DNA of 64,000 nucleotides from Eledone cirrhosa. Lineage: Eukaryota. The DNA lies in contig OZ024753.1 of NCBI GenBank assembly GCA_964016885.1, positions 23,994,001 to 24,058,000 of the forward strand, given 5' to 3'. The notes under the pieces were generated by a model. The model made no database searches and was not told the origin of the DNA. It saw only the letters and a program-made list of their open reading frames with translations. The translations under genes and the position numbers were made by a program. Positions 37,603-49,800 of this stretch are shown here, one piece after another; position 1 is the stretch's first letter; each line of letters begins with the position of its first letter.

Positions 37603-37606
<4 letters not shown>
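34391..37606. mobile_element. Array of a 591-bp non-coding hammerhead element: about 1.8 inverted copies (34391-35475) + about 3.6 direct copies (35474-37606), flanked by (TA)n
   Basis: Period 591 (HHR cores at 35514, 36105, 36696; 37286 after a 1-bp deletion). Copies are nearly identical. Minus-strand HHRs at 34465-34552 and 35056-35143. Confidence 0.95.
35509..35596 (+). ncRNA. Variant type I hammerhead (U3-A8), predicted cleavage after C35591; repeated at 36100-36187, 36691-36778, 37281-37368
   Basis: Stem I TCCTC/GAGGA; core TTGATAA; stem II GT(c)GGCA/TGCCAC; GAAA; palindromic stem III ACTACGTAGT; GUC triplet. Confidence 0.85.
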
Positions 37607-37647
<41 letters not shown>

Positions 37648-37834
37648 CACATACATATATATGCACACACACACACACACATATATATATACACATATAT
37701 ATACACTCACACACATACATGTATGTATGTATGTATGTGTGTATGTGTGTATGTGTGTGTGTGTGTGTATATGTATATATTTGTGTATATATATTGTGTG
37801 TGTGTGTATGTGTATATATGTGTATATGTATATT

Positions 37835-37923
<89 letters not shown>

Positions 37924-37968
37924 ATGTGTGTATATATGTGTATGTATGTGTATATATGTATGTGTGTG

Positions 37969-38126
<158 letters not shown>

Positions 38127-38270
38127 GGTTATATTTAATTTGTTGGGATTCAACAAGTTTAAACATTTTTATAACTGATATAAAGCACTCACTATCCAGG
38201 AAGCTCCAACCGTTAAGGTTGTCTTTTTTCAGGGTATGTCAATATTTATTTATAAAACTAATCTGTATTG

Positions 38271-38336
38271 TATTTTATCTGATGAAAGCGCACTATAATT
38301 TGCCTTGGTGGCCTTTGAAATATGTATGATAAAATA
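38271..38336 (+). ncRNA. Family A hammerhead, probably inactivated (G at cleavage position)
   Basis: TATTTTAT-CTGATGA-AAG..CAC...GTG..CTTT-GAAA-TATGT-ATG-ATAAAATA, in a (TA)n-flanked unit 38122-38380. Confidence 0.55.
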
Positions 38337-38374
38337 AATATGGTTTTATAAATATAGTTTCCATTCATTAATAT

Positions 38375-38433
<59 letters not shown>

Positions 38434-38639
38434 AAGTATGACCCTGACGGCAGAGTTCAAGCCGTTTCGACGGCTATTTCTGGACTACTACCCTAAGTAT
38501 TGAGTACTCTGATATAAGATATATATATATATATATGTAACCATATATATATATATATCTTATGTATCCACATAAATCAACATAATACCTTACCATATAT
38601 ATATATATCATATGTATCCACTATCAACTCCAGAATGAA

Positions 38640-38760
38640 CGCAGCAAGGCGGTGCATATAGCAGAGTCTTTAGGACGTCGGATAGATGTTTTTCTGCATT
38701 CGTTCTGTCTGCCTGCGCTGTCAGTTCTCACGAAGGTCAACTTCGCCTTTCACCTCGTCG
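38640..38760 (+). mobile_element. Degraded SINE (Nin-like family)
   Basis: CACGAAGGTCAACTTCGCCTTTCACC core. Confidence 0.5.
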
Positions 38761-38769
38761 GTTACAGTT

Positions 38770-39330
38770 CCAAATGAAGACTCTGCAACTTCCATTTGAA
38801 CTCAAGAGGTAGAAATCATACAGAGCTAGATCTGGGCTGTAGGGAAGGTGTGGAAACGTGGGAATGTTTTTCTCAGAAATTCTCTAGTTGAAAGTGTTGT
38901 GTTTTCTGGCGCGTTATCGTTTGTAGTACACAATCTTCTGCAAATATCCTTTCCAACTCGCTGGACATGTTTTCGAAGTCGTTCTAAAACATATTTGTAG
39001 AAGGTGCAATTAACTGTATGTCCTGGAGGTAAATATACTTTGTGAACAATACCACGGCTGTTGAAGGAAATGTGTCATTCCTCACTTTACCGTTTTGTCT
39101 CTGGATCATACTCGAACACTTATGAATTATCTCCTGTTATTACTTAATCCGAAACATTTGGCGCAATTTCGAGTCTTTCGAGAAAATCCTGCCAAATTTC
39201 CTGCCAGTTCACTTTTCGCTCCACAAATGTTTCACAAAATCTTCATGTCTCGATAGCGTTGCATCCCCTAAGCTTGTGTTTAAGAATTAAATGTTTTGGT
39301 GGCAGATTTGTTGAGTTTCACACATAAACC
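38770..39330 (-). mobile_element. Mariner-family transposase relic
   Basis: Reverse translation gives VITGDNS*VFEYDPETKR*SEE*, DNAP and PHLPYSPDLALYDFYL, matching the mariner D,D(34)D-region motifs TGDE, HDNA and YSPDLAP. Confidence 0.85.
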
Positions 39331-40260
39331 ATTGTTCGATATTGTCCTACATCGCAAACGTAAGAAGAGTTATAAATATGTCTGTACATAAACAACAATA
39401 ACTGACGACTGACTCGATCTGTCACTATGTTGTGTATAGGAAAATCAATGCTCTAATATTTGGGAGAAATCTCGTATGTGACAAGGCTATGCCTTTAAAT
39501 CATAGATGCAATCCAACAGTCTTCCTTTCTCTCTGATATTACTCACAAAGCTTGAATCGACCCGAGGTTATGGTAAATTCATATGTCCATCTTGGGACGT
39601 TAAAGGTTTCACCGGTTCTTTTGTTTATTAAACATTTCATAGTATTTTCATGCTCTTAGATTGCAAACACGTAACCTCCGAAAAGATATGTGATGTAAAG
39701 GTCATGAATCCAAGAGAAGCATCACTTCTTGCCGATGTTAAAAACATCAAGTTTACAAGGAATCAAACATGGAATTTCATGATTGCGAAGCGAACTATTT
39801 ATCCACGCAACCAGCCCATGTGCATCATTGCATCTTTGGTGATCTATGATAGTATAATGGACGACTAGCTTAGATCTAATAATAGTTTAGAGGTGAGGTT
39901 AACGCTATGCAAACTTGAATGACCTATCAACAATTCAATGTTTGAAAGCTAATCGATATGTTAAAGAAAGAATTAAGACCACAAAGAAAGCAACTAGGAT
40001 ATAAGAATATCAATAAGTGGTATCATTTATTAATTACAAGGCTACCGTATAAATTAACAAATTAAGTTTCTTTGGAACTGGTTGGCCACAATGTTTATTT
40101 AGGGTGCATATGTCATAGCATAAACAATATCGGAGTACATTGATAGCGGTAAATTTGTCTGCGATTGACCTATCACCAAATTGCGCGTACGTATATGTAC
40201 GTACGTATGTATGTATGTATGTATGTATGTATGTATGTATATATGTATGTATGTATGTAT

Positions 40261-40718
40261 GGTCAAAGGGCAAAGGAGCTCTTAAGAGTCAATGGCCATC
40301 CAAAATCACCGGGAGAGATGACCCCTTAGCCTTTGTCAAGGCAGAATTCTAGGAGAAGGAAAACTCTGATATAACACCTGCAACTCTGATGGTATCCAAT
40401 GATGTTGACTTGTTCTTCTTTTTGGTAAATATCATCTTAGTTAAGAGAGTGGGGCTGGCTTTGTGCAGTGCCTTTGCTCACTATAAAAGCTTCATGGCAC
40501 AGGCATTGCTTTATATCTGGAGATCTCTCTGCACTTGTCGTTACATGGTACCATGGGCCCAGCACTATGTGTCAATAATTGTCACAAGTGTAGTGTTTGT
40601 ACCAGAGTTTTCAAGTCGCTGGCTGGACTAAAAAGTCACACTCGTTCAGCGCATCGGTAGGGGTTCTCCTACATGGATATAAAGTAGTGGCCGTACTCGA
40701 AAACGAGTTGGCAGCCAC
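40261..40718. mobile_element. GC-richer non-coding insert in (TATG)n, possibly LINE 5'-UTR-derived
   Basis: Sharply bounded by (TATG)n on both sides. Contains CTAGGAGAAGGAAAACTCTGA, which I recall from RTE-type 5' UTRs. Terminal hairpin GTGGCCGTACTCG aaaa CGAGTTGGCAGCCAC. Confidence 0.45.
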
Positions 40719-40747
40719 TATGTATGTATGTATGTATATATATATAT

Positions 40748-42080
40748 GTTCTTCTGGTTTTATAATTTCACAAAGTTTTCCCAACAGAGAGCGAGTCGGT
40801 TTCTAACATAGACACAAGACTCTCTCATTGGAATTTACACAACATCAACTAGGTAGATATGTATGTATGCATGTGCAGATATAGATGTTATTGTATGTGT
40901 GGATGTGGATGTTTTGAGTTGTATGTGTGCATGTGTATATGCTTTGTATCTGTACATGTGTATATGCAGTTATTAGATGCAAAGTTTTTGGAATGTTTTA
41001 CATATTTTTACTGTTCCATTAATGGATTGTACTTGTAATTTCCTAATTAGTTGTGTTCTTTCTGTTCCTGTGAAGCCTAGCTTCTCAAGATTTGTATTGA
41101 GGCAGTTACTAACATACCCCAGTGCCCCAATAATCACAGGCTTAAATCTGAAGGTGTAATCAGGGTGGAGTATCTGCAGATTTCTCATCAGTTCTGCATA
41201 AATATTCTCCTTTTCACTAATCTTTGATATTATATTGGCATCTGTTGGGCAGCTAATTTCCACTACTGTGCATGTTTTCTTCTCCCTGCCCCATATCATA
41301 ATATCTGGTCTGCATTTTATATCTGGTCTGCCTGCATTTTATTGGGGTTTTTACTGGAACATTCCACCAGTACTCTTTCATATTATGTACATGGATGTCT
41401 TCCACATTGCTGTAGCTTTTAATGTGTTTATTATCGGGGCTATCTTTTTTACGAACTGCATTGTACAGTGTTTGGGCCATTACATCATGCCTCATAGTTA
41501 GATAGTACCGCGATAACATCTTTGGACAGCTGCTGATGACATGGGTGATATCCTCGATGTTAGTTCTGCAGAGTCTGCACTTGTTATCACATCTAGGTGC
41601 TTTGCCTGCATCCCTATCTCTTTTGTGAATCAGGTATTTCGTGTTAATCTCCTGTTCCTGGATTGCAAAAGCGTATCCTTCAAAGTGGGAGCGAATATAG
41701 CGGTTGTTGGTCCAAGATAGACTACTTTCCTTATCTATATTACTCTCACTCTGGAGCTTCCTGGCAACATATCCATGCATGATTTTTTGCTGATAGGCAT
41801 GCAGTTTTTCATCCATGGATTCACTGCGATACTGCTGAGCGACATCCCTGGGTGTGAGTTTTTGATTATCACACAGGGAATATCTCTCGAGGAGTTCCTT
41901 CCCAACACTCATGATCTTATCTGTTTCATGCAGATAGACTTGCTGGAGAAACGGGCCCCTACGCTTCGAGGTTCGTAGATGTCGGAGAGATATGATGCGA
42001 CATTCAAATGTTGTCTGGACTGATGTTAGGTCTCTGCCTCCCTGCTTACGTTTCAAGTAAAGGCGGTCTATGTCACTGTT
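40748..42080 (-). mobile_element. 5'-truncated R4/Dong-like RLE LINE (CCHC finger + restriction-like endonuclease)
   Basis: DRLYLKRKQGGR, AIQEQEI, CRLCRTNIEDITHVISSC, RHD, PDIMIW..VVEISCP..EKENIY. Flanked by (TACA)n. Confidence 0.9.
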
Positions 42081-42181
42081 GTATATATGTATGTATGTAT
42101 GTATGCATGTATGTATGTATGTGTGTGTGTGTGTGTATGTATGTATGTGTGTATGTACGTATGTATGCATGTATGTATGTA

Positions 42182-43560
42182 TGATGGATGGTGTTTACAT
42201 CCAATATCGAACCTCTGACAGCATATTTAGCATCAGGCGCTTTGCTGCAAAAACAAAAGTATTTACATGAATCATAAGAGACCTCTTCTACGCAGATGAT
42301 TGCGATCTTGTAGCGAACACGGAGTTTGATATGCAGCACATTTTGAATGCATTTTCTGATGCTTGCACTGCCCTAGGATTGACTGTCAGTCTCGAGAAAA
42401 CCGTCATCAAGTAACAGCCTGCCCCGGTTAAGCAGTGCAATGAACCAAATATCTATGTGTATGGTAAACGACTTGGAGTGATTGATCAGTTTGTCTACCT
42501 GGGAAGCACTGTCAATCGATACAGCAATCTTGATATGAAATTCTACACATGCTTAGGAAAGCAAGTGTTGCTTTCGGAAAGCTAGAAAGGCGACTCTGGG
42601 GTCGGCGAGACATATGCAAGAAGACAAAGGTAAAGGTGTACAAGGCATGTGTGCTGTCTTCACTTCTTTATGCCTGCCAGACCTGGGTCACATATCGACA
42701 CCACCTTAAACAATTGGATTATTTCCACCAGATGTGTCTCAGACGGATCCATGGCGTTCACTGGAGGGACCACATCAGTAATATCGAGATTTTGGAAAGC
42801 TCTCTCTGTGAAAGTATAGAAGCTCTTGTGCTTAAGCAAAGACTCCGATGGAGTGGTCACCTTGCCAGAATGAAGGATTCTAGAATACCGTAACAACTCT
42901 TTTATGGAGGTTAGTTAAAGGAAAACGACCTCCACATAAACCAAAAAAGAGGTATAAGGATTCTTTGAAAGCCTCTTTGAAAGACGCTAATATCTCTGCT
43001 GATACATGGGAAAGCGTAGCTGCTGATCGTAATAAACGGAGAAAGACTGTATATGAGGGGAAAGTTGCCCTTGAGGCATCTCGTATCGCATACGAGAAAG
43101 TAAAGCGGGATGTGAGGAAGGGCATTGCTGTTGCATTTCCAGACCGCGAAGGTTCTCCTATGCCGCTGACATGCAGCGTCTGTACAAGACTCTGCCTCAG
43201 CAAAGCTGGACTCGAAAGTCATCTTCGCAGTCATAAAGTGAAATCAGTGGTTGACTACCAGGCTGCTGTCGCAGATGCTACTCATCATTCCTGACAAGCA
43301 TCTGGAAAGGAGTGTAGATCTGCAGGAGGGATCAAATCACGTGCAAAAGTACATGAATTCCAACCACAGCCAGCTATGCCCAGTGAATGTTTTTATCAGA
43401 GTTGCCAACTCTGTGCAGGACATTTTAGATCATTGAGTGAGCTAAAAAGCCTCATTCGATCGCAGCAATATTAATTATTAATGTGTGTATTTTGTTTTGT
43501 TGTATTTTTTTTTATCGCGCAATGGCCATACTCGATAACGAAGGGGCAGCCATCATAATG
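42182..43560 (+). mobile_element. 5'-truncated RTE-clade (BovB-like) LINE, decayed
   Basis: GVYIQYRT, LFYADDC, GLTVSLEKT, FVYLGS, KASVAFGKL, RLRWSGHLARM, and terminal C2H2 finger CSVCTRLCLSKAGLESHLRSH. 3' end approximate. Confidence 0.9.
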
Positions 43561-43869
43561 AATGTAAATATGTATGCATGTGATTTTGGACACCCTGCGG
43601 GACAAAAAACAAAACCTGGCACAGGACGGAAGAACTCATGAGTCAACGACCTTCGAAAAATGTGTAAATATGTATTTATGTGCATATGTATATATGTATA
43701 TACATGTATGCATGTGTATGTATATGCGCGGGGACATAGAAATAATCGGGATGGATAACCGATCGCGCGGTTAAGCCACTGGGAGTGAAGGACGCCTAGC
43801 CTAGGAGAAGGCAGATCAAGAAACTGGGATAGCTCCGACATAAAACTTTCGGTTCAGTAGTTACCAGTG

Positions 43870-46800
43870 TGTATGTAATGTCTGTTGTTATGTCTGTGTT
43901 TTGTTGTATGTATTGTAATGTCTTTTGTTATGTCTGTGTTGTGTTGTGGTGTGTATTGTAATGTCTGTGGTTATGTCTCTCTTGTGTTGTGTGTATTGAA
44001 ATGTCTGTTGTTATGTCTGTGTTGTGTGTATTGTAATGTCTGTGGTTATGTATGTGTTGTGTGTATTGTAATGTCTGTTTTTATGTCTATGTTGTGTGTA
44101 TTGTAATGGCTCTTGTTAAGTCTGTGTTGTGTTGTATGTATTGCAATTTCTGTTGTCATGTCTATGTTGTGATGTGTGTATTGTAATGTCTGTTGTTATG
44201 TCTGTGTTGTGTTGTATATATTTTAATGTCTGTTGTTATGTCTGTGTGGTGTTGTATGTAATGTAATGTCTGGTGTTATGTCTGCGTTGTGTTGTATGTA
44301 GTGTAATGTATCTTCTTATGTCTGTGTTGTGTGTATTGTAATGTCACTTGTTATGTCTGTGATGTGTTGTGTGTATTGTAATGTCTGTTGTTATTTATGT
44401 GTTGTCTTGTGTGTATTGTAATGGCTGTTGTTATATCTGTGTTGTGTTGAGTGTATTGTATTGTCTGGGGTTATGTATGTGTTGTGTGTATTGTAATGTC
44501 TGTTGTTATGTCTGTGTTGTGTTGTGTGTATTGTAATGGCTCTTGTTATGTCTGTGTTGTGTTGTATGTATCGTAATGTCTTTTGTCATGTCTGTGTTGT
44601 GATGTGTGTATTGTAATGTCTGTTATTATGTCTGTGTTGTGTGTATTGTAATGTCTGTTATGATGTCTTTGTTGTGTGTATTGTAATGTCTATTGTTATG
44701 TCTGCGTTTTTTTGTATGAATTGTAATGTCTGTTGTTATGTCTGTGGTGTGTTGTGTGTATTGTAATGTCTGTTGTTATGTCTGTGTTGTATGTATTGTG
44801 ATGTCTGTTGTTATATGTGTTGTGTTGTGTATTTTAATGTCTGTTGTTATGTATGTGTTGTGCTGTATGTATTGTAATGTCTGTTGTTATGACTGTGTTG
44901 GGTTGTGTGTATTGTAATGTCTGTTGTGATGTATGTGTTGTGTTGTGTGTATTGTAATGACTGTTGTTATGTATGTGTTGTGTTGTGTGTATTGTAATGT
45001 CTATTTGTTTGTCTGTGTTGTGTGTATTGTAATGGCTCTTGTTATGTCTGTCTTGTGTTGTATGTATTGTAATTTCTGTTCTCATGTCTCTGTTGTGATG
45101 TGTGTATTGTAATGTCTGTTGTTATGTCTGTGTTGTGTGTATTGTAATGTGTGTTGTTATGTCTGTGTTGTGTGTATTGTAATGCCTGTTGTTGTGTCTG
45201 TGTTGTGTGTATTGTAATGTCTGTTGTTGTGTCTGTGTTTTGTTGTATGTATTGGAATGTCTGTTGTTATGTCTGTGTTGTGTTGTGGTGTGTAATGTAA
45301 TGTCTGTTGTTATGTCTCTGTTGAGTTGTGTGTGTTGAAATGTCTGTTGTTTGTCTGTGTTGAGTGTATTGTAATGGTTCTTGTTATGTCTGTGTTGTGT
45401 TGTATGTATTGCAATTTCTGTTGTCATGTCTATGTTGTGAGGTGTGTATTGTAATGGCTGTTGTTATGTCTGGGTTGTGTGTATTGTAATGTATGTTGTT
45501 ATGTCTGTGTTGTGTTGTATGTAGTGTAATGTCTCTTGTTATGTCTGCGTTGTGTGTATGGTAATGTCAGTTGTTATGTGTGTGTCGTGTTGTATGTAGT
45601 GTAATGTCTGTTGTTATGTCTGTGTTGTGTGTATTGTAATGTCTGTTGTTATGACTGTATCGTGTGTATTGTAATGACGGTTGTTATGTTTGTGCTGTGT
45701 TGTGTGTATTGTAAAGTCTGTTGTTATGTCTCCGTTGTGCGTATTTTAATGCCTGTTGTTATGTCTATGATGTGTGTACTTTAATGTATGCGGTTATGTC
45801 TGTGTTGTTTTGTATGTATTTTAATGTATATTGTTATGTCTGTGTTGTGTTGTGTATTGTAATGTATGTTGTTATGTTTGTATTATGTTGTATGTAATGT
45901 AATGTATGTTGTTATGTCTGTGTTGTGTGTATTGTAATGTCTGTTGTTATATCTGTGTTGTGTGTATTGTAATGTCGGTTGTTATGTCTGTCTTGTGTTG
46001 TGTGTATTTTAATGTCTGTTGTTATATCTGTGTTGTGTTGTGTGTATTGTATTGCCTGGTATTATGTCCGTGTTGTGTGTATTGTAATGTCTGTTGTTAT
46101 GTCTGTGTTGTGTTGTGGGTAATGTAATGTCTGTTGTTATGTCTGTGTTGTGTGTATTGTAATGTCTTTTGTTATGTCTGTGTTTTGTTGTATGTATTGT
46201 AATGTCTGTTGTTATGTCTCTGTTGTGTAGTGTGTATTGAAATGTCTGTTGTTATGTCTGTGGTGTGTGTATCGTAATGTCTGTGGTTATGTAAGTGTTG
46301 TGTTGTGTGGATTGTAATGTCTGTTGTTATGTCTATGTTGTGTTGTGTATTTTGTAATGTCTGTTGTTATATCTGTGTTATGTGTATTTTAATGCCTCTT
46401 GTTATGTCTGTGTTGTGTTGTATGTATTGCAATTTCTGTTGTCATGTCTGTGTTGTGATGTGTGCATTTAATGTCTGTTGTTATGTCTGTGGTTTATGTA
46501 GTGTAATGTCTGTTGTTATGTCTGTGTTGTATATATTGTAATGTGTGTTGTTATATCTGTGTTGTGTGTATTGTAATGTCTGTTGTTATGTCTGGGTTGT
46601 GTGTATTGTAATGTCTGTGTCATGTCTGTGTTGTGTTGTATCTATTTTAATGTATGTTGTTATGTCTGTGTTGTGTTGTATGTAATGTAATGTCTGTTGT
46701 TATGTATGTGTTGTATGTAATGTAATGTCTGTTGTTATGTCTGTGTTGTGTGTATTGTAATGTCAGTTGTTATGTATGTGTTGTGTTGTATGTACTGTAA

Positions 46801-49800
46801 TATCTGTTGTTATGTCTGTGTTGTGTGTATTGTAATGTATGTTGTTATGTCTGGGTTGTGTGTATTGTAATGTATGATGTTATGTCTGTGTTGTGTTGTA
46901 TGTAGTGTAATGTCTCTTATGTCTGTGTTGTGTGTATGGTAATGTCAGTTGTTATGTGTGTGTCGTGTTGTATGTAGTGTAATGTCTGTTGTTATGTCTG
47001 TGTTGTGTGTATTGTAATGTCTGTTGTTATGACTGTATCGTGTGTATTGTAATGACGGTTGTTATGTTTGTGTTGTGTTGTGTATTGTAATGTCTGTTGT
47101 TATGTCTCCGTTGTGCGTATTTTAATGCCTGTTGTTATGTCTATGATGTGTGTACTTTAATGTATGCCGTTATGTCTGTGTTGTTTTGTATGTATTTTAA
47201 TGTATATTGTTATGTCTGTGTTGTGTTGTGTATTGTAATTTCTGTTGTTATGTTTGTATTATGTTGTATGTAATGTAATGTATGTTGTTATGTCTGTGTT
47301 GTGTGTATTGTAATGTCTGTTGTTATGAATGTATCGTGTGTATTGTAATGACGGTTGTTATGTTTGTGTTGTGTTGTGTGTATTGTAATGTCTGCTGTTA
47401 TGTCTGCGTTGTGCGTATTATAATGTCTGTTGTTATGTATATGCTGTGTGTACTTTAATGTATATCTTTATGTCTTTGTTTTGTTGTATGTATTTTAATG
47501 TATATTGTTATGTCTGTGTTGTGTTGTGTGTATTGTAATGTATGTTGTTATGTCTGTGGTGTGTGTATTGTAATGTCTGTTGTTATGTCTTTGTTGTGTT
47601 GCGTGTATTGTAATTTCTGTTGTTATGTATGTGTGGTGTTGTTTGTATTGTAATGTCTGTTTTTATGTCTGTGTTGTGTTGTGTGTATTGTAATTTCTGT
47701 AGTTATGTCTGTGTGGTGTTGTTTGTATTGTAATGTCTGTTGTTATGTCTGTGTTGTGTGTATTGTAATGTCTGTTGTCAAGTCTGTGTTGTGAGGTGTG
47801 TATTTTAATGTCTGTTGTTATGTCAGTGGTGTTTGTATTGTAATGTCTGTTGTTATGTCTCTGTTGTGTTGTGTGTATTGAACTGTCCGTTGTTATGTCT
47901 GTGTTGTGTGTATTGTAATGTGTGGTTGTGACTGTGTTGTATGTGTGCATTGCAATGTCTGTTGTTATGTCTATGTTGTGTTGTGTGTATTGTAATGTAT
48001 GTTGTTATATCTGTGTTGTGTTGTGTGTATTGTAATGTCTGTTGTTATATCTGTGTTGTGTTGTGTGTATTGTATTGGCTGGTGTCATGTCTGTGTTGTG
48101 TGTATTGTAATGTCTGTTGTTATGTCTGTGTTGTGTTGTGGGTATTGTAATGTCTGTTGTTATGTACGTGTTGTGTTGTGGTATGTATTGCAATGTCTGT
48201 TGTTATGTCTCTGTTGTGTAGTGTGTATTGAAATGTCTGTTGTTATGTCTGTGTTGTGTGTATTGTAATGTCTGTTATTATGTCTATGTTGTGTTGTGTA
48301 TATTGTAATATCTGTTGTTATGACTGTGTTGTGTGTATTGTAATTACTCTTATTATGTCTGTGTTGTGGTGTATGTATTGTAATTTATGTTGTCACGTCT
48401 GTGTTGTGATGTGTGCATTGTAATATCCATTGTTATGTCTGTGTTGTGTGTATTGTAATCTCTGTTGTAATGTCTGTTGTTATTTCTGTGTTGTGCGTAT
48501 TGTAATGTCTGTTGTTATGACTGTATCGTGTGTATTGTAATGACGGTTGTTATGCTTGTGTTGTGTTGTGTGTATTGTAATGTCTGCTGTTATGTCTACG
48601 TTGTGCGTATTTTAAAGTCTGTTGTTATGTCTATGCTGTATCTGCTTTAATGTCTGTGTTGTGTTGTATGTATTTTAATGTCTGTTGTTATGTTTGTGTT
48701 ATGTTGTATGTACTGTAATGTCTGTTGTTATGTCTGTGTTGTGTGTATTGTAATGTTTGCTGTTATGTCTGTGTTGTGTTGTGGTGTGTATCGTAATGTC
48801 TGTGGTTATGTCTCTGTTGTGTTGTGTGTATTGAAATGTCTGTTGTTATGTCTGTGTTGTGTGTATTGTAATGTCTGTGGTTATGTATGTGTTGTGTTGT
48901 GTGTATTGTAATGTCTGTTTTTTATGTCTATGTTGTGTTGTGTATATTGTAATGTCTGTTGTTATGTCTGTGTTGTGTGTATTGTAATGGCTCTTGTTAA
49001 GTCTGTGTTGTGTTGTATGTATTGCAATTTCTGTTGTAGTGTCAATGTTGTGATGCGTGTATTGTAATGGCTGTTGTTATATCTGTGTTGTGTTGATTAT
49101 ATTTTAATGTCTGTTGCTATGTCTGTGTGGTGTTGTATGTAATGTAATATCTGGTGTTATGTCTGCGTTGTGTTGTATGTAGTGTAATGTCTCTTGTTAT
49201 GTCTGTGTTGTGTGTATTGTAATGTCACTTGTTATGTATGTGATGTGTTGTGTGTATTGTAATGTATGTTGTTATGTCTGTGTTGTTTTGTGTGTAATGT
49301 AATGGCTGTTGTTATATCTGTGTTGTGTTGAGTGTATTGTATTGTCTGGGGTTATGTATGTGTTGTGTGTATTGTAACGTCTGCTGTTATGTCTGTGTTG
49401 TGTGTATTGTAATGGCTCTTGTTATGTCTGTGTTGTGTTGTATGTATTGTAATGTCTGTTGTCATGTCTGTGTTGTGATGTGTGTATTGTTATGTCTGTT
49501 ATTATGTCTTTGTTGTGTGTATTGTAATGTCTATTGTTATGTCTGCGTTTTGTTGTATGAATTGTAATGTCTGTTGTTATGTCTGTGGTGTGTTGTGTGT
49601 ATTGTAATGTCTGTTGTTATATCTGTGTTGTATGTATTGTGATGTCTGTTGTTATGTCTGTGTTGTGTTGTGTAGTTTAATGTCTGGTGTTATGTATGTG
49701 TTGTGCTGTATGTATTGTAATGTCTTTTGTTATGACTGTGTTGGGTTATGTGTATCGTAATGTCTGTTGTGATGTATGTGTTGTGTTGCGTGTATTGTAA

